Source: Octopus sinensis (lineage: Eukaryota). From it: a DNA stretch of 57,084 nucleotides. Numbering within the stretch: position 1 is the first letter of the stretch; every line of letters begins with the position of its first letter. Under the pieces are notes generated by a model. The model saw only the letters and a program-made list of their open reading frames with translations, was not told the DNA's origin and did no database searches. A program made the position numbers and the translations under genes. Shown here piece by piece: positions 25,219 through 38,156 of the stretch. The DNA lies in contig NW_021833626.1 in assembly GCF_006345805.1 (NCBI RefSeq), positions 1 through 57,084 of the forward strand, written 5' to 3'.

Positions 25219-26967
25219 CTCACCCTACGTCGTTAATTGGCTCTAGGCGACACGACTTAAGTCGAAAAATGACTTGAGTCGAATTAACTTGTCTCTAGGC
25301 TAGGCTAGACCGAATTTACTTGTCTCTAGGCTAAACCGATAAAAACCTTTCTCAGTTCTGTGCTTTATTTATGAATGTATTTTCAATAAAACACGGTTAA
25401 TAAAAACCTATTTTAAACTTACAAACAAATAATCTTTACTTTTTAATACAGTGCAGTAAAAGAAAAGTGATCTAAATTTACGAATACAATTTGGCGCTGT
25501 TTATATCGCGAACGCTTTATTTATGAATGCGATTTGCAATAAGACATAGTAAAATACAAGCAGAAGAGACGTGGTGTTCAGAGGGAGGTATACGATGGTA
25601 ACATTGGGGTAAAAATCTATGATATTTTGCAGGTGGCCAGGAGCATTATCTAAGATAAATAAAACCTTAAAAGGAATTCCCTTCTCCTTACAATACTTCT
25701 CTGCCACTGGGGTAAAAATGACTGAAGAACCAATCTTCAAAAACAACAACAGTAACTCATGCTTTTGAATTAGCCATCCATATAACAAGGAGAGATGCTT
25801 TGGGGTATGTTCTTCAGGACATAAGGGTTGTGTGCAAGATACACAACCAATGGCTTTAATTGCACAACTACATCCCAACATAATGATCACACGTTCTTTC
25901 GAGACCTTGTAGCCTGGAATAGTTTTCTCCTCCTTGGAAATGAATGAACAGTCTGGCAATTTTTTCCAATACAATCCAGTTTCATCTACGTTAAAAATCT
26001 GTTCAGGAAGCAACCCGTTTTTTTTTCAATTCTTTAATGCATTAGGAAATTCCACTGCTGCTTGTTCGTCAGCTGATGCACTTTCACCTTCTTAATGGAT
26101 TAATATCTTTTTTGCTCCTTAAATCTCATGAACCATCTTTGACTTGCCTTGAACTCTACATCTTTCTCATCTGGATATTTTTTCTTCAGGTCCTCAAACA
26201 AAGACAACACTTTCTCTTGAATGATTTCTATAATAGTAGCACGCTGACGATTCAACCTAACAATCCAAAGAGAAAGAAGACTTTCCATTTCTTCAAAGAT
26301 TTTACCTCTTTTCTTATTGATGACAGTGTTCTTCATCCCTGGGGCTTCAGATTTGATATGTGCTAAAATCGTGTCCTTATTAAGTACAATTGTCGAAATA
26401 CTTGTCCGACTCATCCCAAAAGATTGTGCAATTGCTACTAATTTTCACCTTTTTCACGGTGTTTTATCATAGCCAGTTTATCTTCCAGTGTTATAGCATG
26501 ACGCTTAGCACTTTCACTATGAATTTTCTTAGAATCCATGGGAGCAAAAAATAAAGTCACAAATGAATGAGAATGAGAAAGCAGCTGATAAACAGATGTA
26601 AACAACGACACTTAACGGTAGATACTGGACCTACAGTGCAATATGAGCTCTGAAAGACCAATGAATAAGACAACACAGCTGATTTCATGATTTTGTTCAC
26701 TAAGCTACACCACTTTATGGTGTGTATCTTAACATTTACTGTACATATTTTAATATGATTTTATTCTTACATAATGTACAGTAACATGATTTTATGTACT
26801 TTTAATGGTTTTCTAGTGATTTTACGATTTCAATATTTGTGGTGGACAGATGTAAAGTCGAGTAAAATGACTTAACTTGATTTTTATTTTTGCATATATT
26901 ATTTTTGAAAACCGACGTATAATCGAAAACACCTTAAATTGAAACGACTTAAACCGAGGTATGACGG
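25214..26967 (-). mobile_element. Tigger/pogo transposon, disrupted and internally deleted (ORF start 26539)
   Basis: MDSKKIHSESAKRHAITLEDKL (HTH_psq-like), FKASQRWFMRFK (CENP-B HTH), EQIFNVDETGLYWKKLP and LFILDNAPGH (DDE); imperfect TIRs catacctc...gtcg at both ends. Confidence 0.9.
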
Positions 26968-27001
26968 TGTGTGTGTGTGAGTATTCATACACACACACAT
27001 A

Positions 27002-27202
27002 CAAGGGGGTACTGAAAGACTACTATCTTTAGGGGTGGCGCAAAAGGCCTGGTTGGAGGCTCAACCTTCAGTGTTCATTTACTGAAGGACCGCTGCAATA
27101 AGTGAGTGAATCTGAGAGGAAATATGTCGAATAAAATCATAATTTATTGACCTTCTCATATTTTCTTTTACCCAAAGCCAGGAACTATTCAGAACCCCCT
27201 CG
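27002..27202. mobile_element. Mariner-type MITE
   Basis: TA-caagggggtactgaa ... ttcagaaccccctcg-TA. Confidence 0.8.
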
Positions 27203-27766
27203 TATACGTACGTAATTAGTTAACACTCATTAGGATATAAATTAATGTTAGCTCAAGTTAAATTATTATGCTATGAAGTGCTCAATAGAAATCGCTTTTT
27301 TTTTTTTTTTTTTTTTTTTTTTGCAAATTAGAAAAATCTACAGGTTTTGCCATGGGTGGTTTCTTCAAACTAAGATAGATGATAATTGTGAGATTAATTA
27401 TAAATGCGAATTAAGAGAAGGAATTAACTGGAAAAAACCACACCGCAGGCGTAATCTGCTAATGGGATTCTTCGTTAAGTTTATGGAGAAAGAAGGAAGG
27501 TGATATAAGGGAAAATATAACGGTGGATGTGACTGGAGGGCGGGTAGAAGGTATTTGGTGCTTTATCTAAGAAAAGAATGTAATTGGGAGCAACAGAGGG
27601 ATACCCGAAAACAAATGTGTGTTTGTGGAGTGTGGTGGGGTGAGTAGGTGATGTAATTGTGGTAAACTTCAAATTTAAGAAAAAGATGCTCAATAGAAAT
27701 CGCTTTCTATTAGGAGTGGCTGTGTGGTATATATATATGTGTGTGGTATATTATATATATATCTAT

Positions 27767-27802
<36 letters not shown>

Positions 27803-27803
<1 letters not shown>

Positions 27804-28210
27804 CGCAGGAGTGGCTGTGTGGTAAGTAGCTTGCTAACCAACCACATGGTTCCGGGTTCAGTCCCACTGCGTGGCATCTTGGGCAAAGTGTCTTCTGCTA
27901 TAGCCCCGGGCCGACCAATGCCTTGTGAGTGGATTTGGTAGACGGAAACTGGAAGAAGCCCGTCGTATATATGTATATATGTGTATGTGTGCGTATATGT
28001 TTGTGTGTCAGTGTTTGTCTCCATGGCATTGCTTGACAACCGATGCTGGTGTGTTTACGTCCCCGTCACCTAGCGGTTCGGCAAAAGAGACTGATAGAAT
28101 AAGTACTGGGCTTACAAAGAATAAGTCCTGGGGTCGATTTGCTCGACTAAAAGGCGGTGCTCCAGCATGGCCGCAGTCAAATGACTGAAACAAGTAAAAG
28201 AGTAAAAGAG
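27803..28210 (+). mobile_element. SINE family B, near-consensus full length
   Basis: gcgcaggagtggc head through ggcggtgctccagcatggccgcagtcaaatgactgaaacaagtaaaagagtaaaagag. Confidence 0.92.
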
Positions 28211-28667
28211 TATGCACTTGAATAGGAAGGCGAATAAGTTTGTTTTTAAGGAATATTTCGGCAGGCTGTTCAACGAAACGGTTCATACTTCTTTTCTAAT
28301 GCTTTAGACTTCATTTACGGGTATATGAACTTCTGACCAGTACACACACACACACACAGTGTAGATGGCCCCTTATCAATTAAAACCTACAGGAAAATTT
28401 ATATACAAGGGTACAAAACAGTACCAGCATTGCTAGAAACAAGAGTATACATACATGCATACATGCATACACACACACAGACACACATACACACACATAC
28501 ATATATATGTATGTATAAATATATATGTATATATATGTATATAAATATGTATATAAATATGTATATATATATGTATATATATATGTATATATATATTATA
28601 TATATATATACACACACGCATCAATCTGATATATATACATAATATATATACATAATATATATATATC

Positions 28668-28713
<46 letters not shown>

Positions 28714-28773
28714 TAAGAGTCATACACATGTTCCATATCTAAATCTATCTATCTATCTATCTATCACTATCTA

Positions 28774-28834
<61 letters not shown>

Positions 28835-29414
28835 CACACTTGCCACACACACACACTTGCCACACACAAACACTTGCCACACACACACACTTGCCACACA
28901 CACACACACTTGCCAGACACACACACTTGCCACATACACACACACACACACACACAATTTTTTTAAATACTTTTCTCGTTGGATTGCGTGTTCATTTCTC
29001 TTCTTTCCATCTGTGATTATATTTTTCATCTTCTATATAAATGAAGATATTTCCTCCGTCTGGTTGCTTTTCTCTCTACTAAACGGGAAGTTGCATCGCC
29101 AAACAGACATTTTAACGAGTTGTATTTATTTATCATCCGACGAGATACATCTGCACCGCCGGATGCTCCTGAACCTGTTGTTGAGTGTCCCAGCCAGGAG
29201 GAATCGATGGTGGATGTGTCGAAACGATTCTCGGGATTAACAATAAATTCTCGCATATTTCATCTTCTGTCTTTCATTTGCTATATATATATATATATGC
29301 ATATATAAGAGTATTACGTGTTTTATAATGGATACTTTTGGAAATTTACTTTTCCCATCGTAGGTAGACAGTCAATATCATACATACATAAAAATGTGCA
29401 CACACACACACAAA

Positions 29415-29445
<31 letters not shown>

Positions 29446-30099
29446 TCACTCACTCACTCACTCACTCACACATAAGCATGCAGGCACGCACACACCTACA
29501 TATGTAAGGCTATGTACACTTTCAGCTCCTTTATTCCCTCCTACCAACCGTTGTTAAATCTGTCCTTCTATTCAAGTTGTCCCTATGTGAGGGTTTGTGC
29601 ATGTGTGTGTGTGTTTGTGATGGACAGATTGCCTGCATGAGAGGAAGAGAGAGAGAGAGGTGTGTGTAGGCGTGCGTAGGTATGTGTAGGTGTGCGTAAG
29701 CGTATATCGTAATTGGTGATTATCGACTACGTAACACCTATCCTACAAGAATGGATTCTGCTGTATTTGGAATTTGCAGAGCGACTGGTTAAATTTTGCA
29801 TAAATGGTTGGTTAGGTTCTCTGATTCAATCGTAATCATAAGGCCACAAAATGTACTCTAGTCTAATTTAAATCTGGAGAAGTGAAGTGGTTGTGTATTA
29901 GCTTGGAGATAGTTTTGCTGTCATGGCATCAGTAATAGAATGCTAGGTTTTCTTTTTCCATGATGTTAAAGTGTGTTGGTTTTTAAAAATTTAATTTGAT
30001 TTAGAATTATGGCATTAAACGTGCAACCTTACAAATGTTACAGAGAGATTGTGGATGTAGCTATTTACTGAAGCTATTTATTGAGTTGGTTATATATTA

Positions 30100-31040
30100 C
30101 TTGTTGGGAAATAACATCGGTTTAAAGTATTTCGAGGTTTTGAATGTCTTATGTTTACATGCAAAAATTAACTCAGAATGTTTGTTGAACAGAATTAGGA
30201 TGGCGAAAAGGATCTCAAAGTATTGAGATGTACAAAATTGACAAAAATGTTTCTTATTGGATTAGAATTTAGTCAAAGAGAGTATTTAGTCACAAATTAT
30301 ATGATGTGTATTACTACCAGATATAGCTCCGTAAGAAGGTAGAAGTTTTCCTATCGGAATTGCGGAAAGCATGGGTGTGCTTCTACAATTTGGTTTTAAA
30401 TGTTTTAGCTGTTAGACATTTGCGAAACATTTTATGATAGTTCGTATGTCACAGTTTTCTGCAGGAGGGAAGTAGTTCGTGTTGGTGCTGCTACAGCTAT
30501 TATAACTAGGGGAGTAAATGTTTGGAGCGGTCAGTAGTAACTAATATGTTGTCAGTAATAAAGTATTTAAGTTGGATAATGGGGGAGGGGGTAACTAGTT
30601 TGTTATATTTGCGAGTGGGCGGAGAGTGCTTTTCTAAAAGTTTAAGAAAGGCTTTGGTCATGGGGGTGGGGAACTGTAGGTTAAATTCTGGGTTAAAATT
30701 CATAATTTGTTTGGTCTGTTTTCTCTTGATATCTGTTTGTACATAGTACTTCAACGTAGGTTTTTGGTACACCGTTCAAACTATCTTCAGTTGAAGGACA
30801 GATAGAAAGTCTAAGAGAGGCATTTTCACTAAGTTCTTAAAGGTATTCTAACGATAGTTTGAGGTTACGCATATATATTTGAGTCATTCCATGGGATATG
30901 CATGAATTTCTATATTTTTTGTGCATGAATTTCTATATTCAGAGTGGCGTCAAGAAAGTTAAGTTTTCATGCGGGCCTGAACAGTAACTGATTAGCTGAA
31001 GTTTTGAAAACATTATACAGATTCTTCCTAAATTTGTCAG
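30100..31040 (-). mobile_element. Decayed Penelope-like ORF fragment (RT thumb/linker to GIY-YIG end)
   Basis: KRKQTKQIMNFNPEFN...KAFLKLLEKHSPP (cf. RNIIWFNPPF...FLKLIDKHFP) and LFNKHSELIFACKHK (cf. LNKRSELISKCRH). Confidence 0.7.
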
Positions 31041-31044
31041 TTAA

Positions 31045-31266
31045 CCCTTTTGATACCAACCTGCCTGAAATCGCCCCTGGCTCTGTAGTACAAATGTCTT
31101 GTTTTAAAAAATTCTTGATTAAAATCTTCCACCAAACCTTAGTCACAATTTATGTTCTTAACACTAGCTGAATGTTAACTAAGTTATTTTACTAAATTTT
31201 TTGTTATATTTAAAAGTAATTGAAAGAAACACAGAGCATCTCAACAGAAATATGGTAACAAAAGGG
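31045..31266. mobile_element. piggyBac-type MITE, copy 1
   Basis: TTAA-cccttttgatacc ... ggtaacaaaaggg-TTAA. Confidence 0.9.
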
Positions 31267-31286
31267 TTAACAAATGATTAATTTAA

Positions 31287-31507
31287 CCCTTTTGTTATCA
31301 ACCCAGCTGAAACCGGTTCTGGCTCTATAGTACAAATGTTTTGTTTTCATAAGTTTTGAATTAAAATCTTCCACCAAACCTTAGTAACAATTTTTGTTCC
31401 TAACACTAGCTTAATGATAACTAAGTTATTTAACTAAATTCTTTGTTATATTTAAAGTAATTGAAAGAAACACAGAGCATCTCAAAATAAATATAGTAAC
31501 GAAGGGG
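31287..31507. mobile_element. piggyBac-type MITE, copy 2
   Basis: TTAA-cccttttgttatc ... agtaacgaagggg-TTAA; same internal sequence and orientation as copy 1, with divergence. Confidence 0.9.
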
Positions 31508-31605
31508 TTAAACTCAAAGTTAAAGTTTCGGAGCGAGAGTAATTCGTTGTCTCGAAGTAAACCGTCGGCAATAAAGGGGATATATATATATATATATATA
31601 TATAT

Positions 31606-31637
<32 letters not shown>

Positions 31638-31639
<2 letters not shown>

Positions 31640-32040
31640 TAGCAGTATCGCCCGGCGTTGCTGGGTTTGTAAGTTGTAAGGGAAATAACTATATAAGCAT
31701 TTTTAGAGAGTTATAGCCAAAAATAGCAAAAAATGCATTAAAAATGGGAAAAAAATGATGGTAAATTTTTTTTTAAATCGTTGACTCATCGTAGACATTT
31801 TTAGAGAGTTACTTCCCTTATATAATAGCGAAAAAATGCATTAAGATGGAAAAAAATAATGGTAAATTTTTTTTTAAATCGTAGACTCATCGTAGACGCG
31901 CGCTAATACCCAGAAGGGCTCGATATGAATCACGACAATAAGATACCCGGTTTTGGTTAAACTGCACCACAAAATGTGGGAGTAGTTAGGAATCTAAATC
32001 GTAGGAGACAGACACACAACTTCACTGTTATATATAAAGA
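31638..32040 (+). mobile_element. Non-autonomous Helitron-like element in (TA)n
   Basis: Starts actagcagtatcgcccggcgttgc, has an internal duplication of about 95 bp, and ends gacagacacacaacttcactgttatatataaaga (recalled Lep1-type termini). Confidence 0.6.
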
Positions 32041-32477
32041 TATATATATATCTCAGGCATTGCTTTTAGATATATAATCCGATTACGTCGACAACCTCAA
32101 CTGAATCATTGGAACCCACACCAATGTCGAAGGGCTTGCTGTTGTTTTTCTTAATCTTTACTGCATTAATCTAAAAGAAAAGGGCGGTGGATTGGCAAAG
32201 TCGTTAGAGCGTTGGAAAAATGCCTTGCGTTATTTGTTCTGTGTCTTCGCGTTCGGAGTTCGAATCCCTTCGCGGTCAGCTTCACTTTTCATTCTTTCGT
32301 TTTACCGCTTCCTTTCAAATCCACTGACCTCGTGCATTAATTAGAAACAATTAATCTAAAAGAGGAGAGATTTCCTTGTTTGCAAAATGATTTCGACTTC
32401 TGATTAATTTTTATGCGGGTTATCAAAAATTTGACGTAGTTATATGCGGCGATGGGGACCGGGAGCTCGGAATTAGT

Positions 32478-33045
32478 TGGGTATATAATATATGCATGTG
32501 TGCATACGTGTATGTGTGTGTGTGTGCGTGTGAGTGTGTGTACGTGGTGTACGCCTGTGTGTGTGTGCATACGTGTGAGTGTGCATGTGTGTGGGCGTGT
32601 GCGTATGCGCATGTGGGGGTGTTTGTGTACGTGCGTGCGTGAATATGTGTGTTCGTGTGTGTGTGTGTGTATGCACACGTGCGCGTGTGCCAGTGCGTGT
32701 GCAAGTATGTGTGTGTGTGCATGCGTACGTGTGCGCGTGTGTGAGTGTGTGTGTACGCGTGTGCGTGAATGTGTGTGTGTGGTGGGCGTATGCGCGCGTG
32801 TGCGTGAATGTGTGTGTGTGGGCGTATGCGCGCGTGTGCGTGTGCCAGTGCCTGTGTACGTGTCTGTATGTGTATGTGTGAATGTGTGTGTCTGTGTGTG
32901 TGTGCGTACGTGTATGTATGTGTGTGTGCGTGTGCGCGTGTGTGTACGCGTGTGCGTGAATGTGTGTGTCTGTGTGTGTGTGCGTACGCGCACGTGCGTG
33001 TGTGCCAGTGTGTTTGAACGTGTGTGTGTGTGTGTTTGTGTACGT
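32478..33045. repeat. Degenerate (GT/GC/GTAC)n low-complexity tract
   Basis: Direct reading; produces the long spurious HT/CV ORFs. Confidence 0.9.
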
Positions 33046-33865
33046 TTCGCTTATGTATATTACTAAACGATTAAATATCGTAAAGAAAATAGAAAACCGG
33101 AAAACCAGCGCCCTCCGGCTGTAGTCCCTTACGTTATTCGTTTCGCACGGCGATACAGGCACTTCCCTATCCCTCTCACCTTGAGCAGAGGATAACAAAT
33201 GTTGAACACCTGTAACTAACGACGCTAATGTTCACCAGTTGTGACAGAAAATCAACAAATGCCTGCAATTCTTCGTAAATCGCCATTCTTGATATCAATA
33301 TTTTTATTTTCCTATTTATTTATTTACTTGTTTATTTATGTTGTTTTAAACTTTTGAATCAGTTATTTGTTTGAAGCGTCTTGCGGATTTTTGTGATATT
33401 GTTAAAGAATCCAGAGTAATACGAAGAGAAGAAAAGAGAAAGAAAAAACAACAACAACAAAAGAATGAAAGAAAGAAAACCCTAAGACAGCAATAACACA
33501 AAAAAAAACAAAAAAAAAACAAACAGCTAAAGAATTACAATTTCCATCTGAGAAAACTATCAATTTTAATCTTCGTCTCCAGAAAAATAAAAAGTTACAC
33601 CTCTAAAAATAACGTATTCACGAGACAACAGTTTTAACTAAACACACACACACACACACATACACACACACACTCACACACACAAACACATACACACACA
33701 CACATCACGCGCGCGCGCATACAAACACACATACGCACTGACTCCAATCTTTATCTCTCTTTCTCTCTTGTTTCCTCCACTCTCTCTGTATCTGCCATCC
33801 TCTCTCTCTCTGTTTCTCTCCTTATTCTCCCTTTCCTCGCCTCTCACTTTAATTGCCTGTCTTTC

Positions 33866-33912
<47 letters not shown>

Positions 33913-33925
33913 CTCTCTCTCTCTG

Positions 33926-33956
<31 letters not shown>

Positions 33957-34411
33957 TTTCTTATCTCTCTTTCTCATTCTGAATTCCTCTTCCTCTTTCT
34001 CCAACTCGCTTTAACTCTCAGTTTCTTCCTATCTCCCTTTCTGAGTTTGATCACTCTCTCTCTCTCTCTCTTCCTGTCCTTCCATCTCTCTCTGACTCTC
34101 TCGATACCCCTCTCTCCTCCTCTGCTATACAATGCTATCTCTAATTAACACTCTCATACTGACAGACAGGCGTGTAAAAACATCCGGTTTGCTAAGAAAA
34201 ACTGATTGCCTCAGATACGTACAATAACCAGTCATAAGAGAGAAAATTCACGTGGAAACCTAACTAATGTTTAATGGTATGCCCATGTGTATATGCCTGT
34301 GTGTGTGGTGTGTGAGTGTGTGTGTGTGTATGTGTGTGCGTGTGTGTGTTTGTGTGTGTGTAAATAGCCATGTATCTATTATATTAACTATTAATATCTC
34401 TCCCTTTCTCT

Positions 34412-34459
<48 letters not shown>

Positions 34460-35437
34460 GTATATATATATAATATATATGTATTATATATATGTTAATA
34501 TATATATATATATGATGTGTGGTTGTGTATATATATATGTGTGTGTGTGCGTGTATATATATATTTGCACACAGAGACACACATACACACACACGCACGC
34601 ACACAAACACACACACACACATATATATATATATATTGTATAGAAGAAAGAAGAATAATTGTGAAACAGCAGTCCGATCTAATTTTCATAAAATGCATTG
34701 TTGCATAAACAGATGGGTAAAAAGAACAAGATGATAATATGAAGAAAAATAACTATTATTGACATTCATTGCAGAACTAACTTATTACTTCTTGTACAAA
34801 ACTACCCCCTCCCCTCTTCGCCTACCATTCCAGGTTTGCACCAATGAGCATTGTTGCACTTGTTTACATTAACGCAATACTAAAGTAATAAACTCTTTAG
34901 AAAACTCTTTAGACTGTTCGACTTCCCAACATTTACCTTCTCTTGTCATTATTGTTGTTGTTGTGTAACAGAGGGAAATGTTTGCAACGATAATGTTATT
35001 CGGCAATTCGCATTGAATCAATTTGTTAAATGATCGAATCTGCTGATTTCCAGCAGACATGGGCATAACTGCAGAACTGTGCCACCCCACCGCCTCTTTG
35101 CTGACTTTGTTTCTTCAAGACTTTGTGAAAAAGAAAAGATGCTTTTTAAATCCAAGTTCTGAGATGGTGTAGATTAAAACTATACCGGAGTTTGTTGAGA
35201 AAAACTTTTCAGGGGCGGGGAATATTTCAGATAGTTCTCACTCCACAACAATATTTCCTCATAGCTTTCAGAAAAATGTGTACTTTTTAGTTATTTTTTT
35301 CTACAAATAGGCACAGGCACAGGTGTGGCTGTGTAGCAAAGGGTTTGCTTCCCAGCCACATGGATCCAGGTTCAGTCCCACTGCGCGGAAACTTGGGCAT
35401 ACGTCTTCTACTATAAACCTCGGGCCGACGTATACGC

Positions 35438-35491
<54 letters not shown>

Positions 35492-35775
35492 ATATATATT
35501 AATATATATAATATAAATTGAGGGAGATAAATTAATATTAATTTTAATATCAATTTAAAACCAGTAGTCCAGCATTCAAAAATCTGAGGAGTCAGAGAAA
35601 ATTCAAATATATGTGTATATTGGCAGGGCTGGCCTGCTAGGTAGCCGGCCAGAATGCTAGAAATAGATCATAAACGATCAAACTACAAGGGAAATTCTCT
35701 AGAGGAAGAATTCAGCGAACAACCAGAACCAATTTGGCGGGCAGGACATATGAAAAATTAAATAAAAACAGACTT

Positions 35776-35852
35776 AAATGCATACCTCGGTTTCGGTCTT
35801 AACAAAGAATTACTTGCATAATTCAAGTGTCCGTGACTTCTTCAGTACATTC
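35776..35852 (-). ncRNA. Type I hammerhead ribozyme motif (inverted copy)
   Basis: Reverse complement of the motif at 36402-36479. Confidence 0.8.
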
Positions 35853-36401
35853 GGTCCTCGAGATGCAAACCACAAGACTAACCCCAGCTCTCTGTGTCAA
35901 GACAGACACGTGCTTAGTCACGAGGTATGCATTTAAGTCTGTTTTTTATTTAATTTTTCATATGTCCTGCCCGCCAAATTTGGTTCTGGTGTTCGCTGAT
36001 ATCTTCCTCTAGAGAATTTCCCTTGTAGTTTGATCGTTTATGATCTATTTCTAGCATTCTGCCGGCTACCTAGCAGGCCAGCCCTGCCAATATACACATA
36101 TATTTGAATTTTCTCTGACTCCTCAGATTTTTTGAATGCTGGACTACTGGTTTTAAATTGATATTAAAATTAATATTAATTTATCTCCCTCAATTTTTAA
36201 ATATTTAAATAAATACGTTCCCTAGTAGTAAGCTTTACCCGCAGTGAATTATTCACTGCAGCCCTTCGCTTCAGGAGTCTCTTAGCGCGCCGGAACCAAG
36301 ACATTTGAAATTTTATTCCCGATGTAATCAGTAAGACTAAGCACGTGTCTGTCTTGACACAGAGAGCTGTAGTTAGTCTTGCAGTTTGCATCTCGAGGAC
36401 C

Positions 36402-36479
36402 GAATGTACTGAAGAAGTCACGGACACTTGAATTATGCAAGTAATTCTTTTGTTAAGACCGAAACCGAGGTATGCATTT
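36402..36479 (+). ncRNA. Type I hammerhead ribozyme motif, predicted cleavage after GUA at 36472
   Basis: GAATGTA-CTGAAGA-agtc...gacc-GAAAC-cgag-GTA-TGCATTT: 7-bp stem I with G-U pairs, intact core, long stem II insert, minimal stem III; A x C at the stem II base. Confidence 0.8.
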
Positions 36480-36946
36480 AAGTCTGTTTTTTATTTAATT
36501 TTTCATATGTCCTGCCCGCCAAATTTGGTTCTGGTGTTCGCTGAATTCTTCCTCTAGAGAATTTCCCTTGTAGTTTGATCGTTTATGATCTATTTCTAGC
36601 ATTCTGGCCGGCTACCTAGCAGGCCAGCCCTGCCAAATACACATATATTTGAATTTTCTCTGACTCCTCAGATTTTTTGAATGCTGGACTACTGGTTTTA
36701 AATTGATATTAAAATTAATATTAATTTATCTCCCTCAATTTTTAAATATTTAAATAAATACGTTCCCTAGTAGTAAGCTTTACCCGCAGTGAATTATTCA
36801 CTGCAGCCCTTCGCTTCAGGAGTCTCTTAGCGCGCCGGAACCAAGACATTTGAAATTTTATTCCCGATGTAATCAGTAAGACTAAGCACATGTCTATCTT
36901 GACACAGAGAGCTGGGGTTAGTCTTGTGGTTTGCATCTCGAGGACC

Positions 36947-37024
36947 GAATGTACTGAAGAAGTCACGGACACTTGAATTATGCAAGTAATTCTTTTGTTA
37001 AGACCGAAACCGAGGTATGCATTT
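36947..37024 (+). ncRNA. Type I hammerhead ribozyme motif, predicted cleavage after 37017
   Basis: Identical motif 545 bp downstream of the previous one. Confidence 0.8.
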
Positions 37025-37141
37025 AAGTCTGTTTTTTATTTAATTTTTCATATGTCCTGCCCGCCAAATTTGGTTCTGGTGTTCGCTGAATTCTTCCTCT
37101 AGAGAATTTCCCTTGTAGTTTGATCGTTTATGATCTATTTC

Positions 37142-37195
<54 letters not shown>

Positions 37196-37200
37196 ATATA

Positions 37201-37403
37201 CTCTTTTACTTGTTTCAGTCATTTGACTGCGGCCATGCTGGAGCACCGTCTTTAGTCGAGCAAATCGACCCCGGGACATTTTTTTTGTAAGCCCAGTACT
37301 TATTCTATCAGTCTCTTTTGCCGAACCGCTAAGTGACGGGGACGTAAACACACACCAGCATCGGTTGTCAAGCAATGCTAGGGGGACAAACACAGACACA
37401 CAA

Positions 37404-37467
<64 letters not shown>

Positions 37468-37850
37468 CATATATACGACAGGCTTCTTTCAGTTTCCGTC
37501 TACCAAATCCATTCACAAGGCATTGGTCAGACCAAGGCTATAGCAGAAGACACTTGCCCAAGATGCCACGCAGTGGGATTGAACCCAGAACCATGTGGTT
37601 GGTTAGCAAGCTACTTACCACACAGCCACTCCTGTATATATATATATATATGTTGTGTGTGTGTATCTTTGTCCCCACTCCCACCCAACCACTTGACAAC
37701 CGCTGTTGGGGTGTTTATGACCCCGCAAAAGAGACCGATAAAATAAGTACCAGAGTTAAAAAATAATTACTGGAGTCAATTCATTCAATCAAAACCCTTC
37801 AAGGTGGTGCCCCAGTATGGCCGCATCTAATGACTGAAATAAGTAAAATA
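37201..37850. mobile_element. SINE family B on minus strand (37201-37634) plus partial plus-strand copy (37655-37850)
   Basis: Shared family B modules. Confidence 0.85.
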
Positions 37851-38156
37851 GAAATGATAAATACCTTTTAGCTGGTGTAGATTACAGTTATGTTGAAACA
37901 AAAATTACTTTCTTGGAGATGAAGTTGGGATGAAGTGGGGTACAATTGTGCAGTTATACCCAGACGCGAGCATTTGATCGATTCGTTGCCACGTGATATT
38001 GTAGTATACCTCACTACATGATATCATAAGCAAGTCTTTTCAACATCGCTTCGACTACAGCCTTGTGAGGGAAATTGGGTTGACAGAAACTGTATGGAAG
38101 CTTATTAGAGGAACCATTCCCGTTCTTGAGCGGCAGACATAAACTGTATCTATAAA

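Larger units (their letters stand above)
35515..37143 (+). mobile_element. Retrozyme/Penelope pseudo-LTR-like array: 2.2 tandem 545-bp units preceded by a 406-bp inverted segment, flanked by (TA)n
   Basis: Units start with cgaggtatgc at 35921, 36466 and 37011; 35515-35789 is the reverse complement of 35921-36196; hammerhead in each complete copy; no recognisable RT or endonuclease ORF. Confidence 0.85.

Noticed and set aside
36340-36935. A/G-biased differences between 545-bp units as fossil A-to-I editing
   Set aside because: Only about six substitutions; one fits CpG decay, and nearby indels look like sequencing error. Too little evidence.
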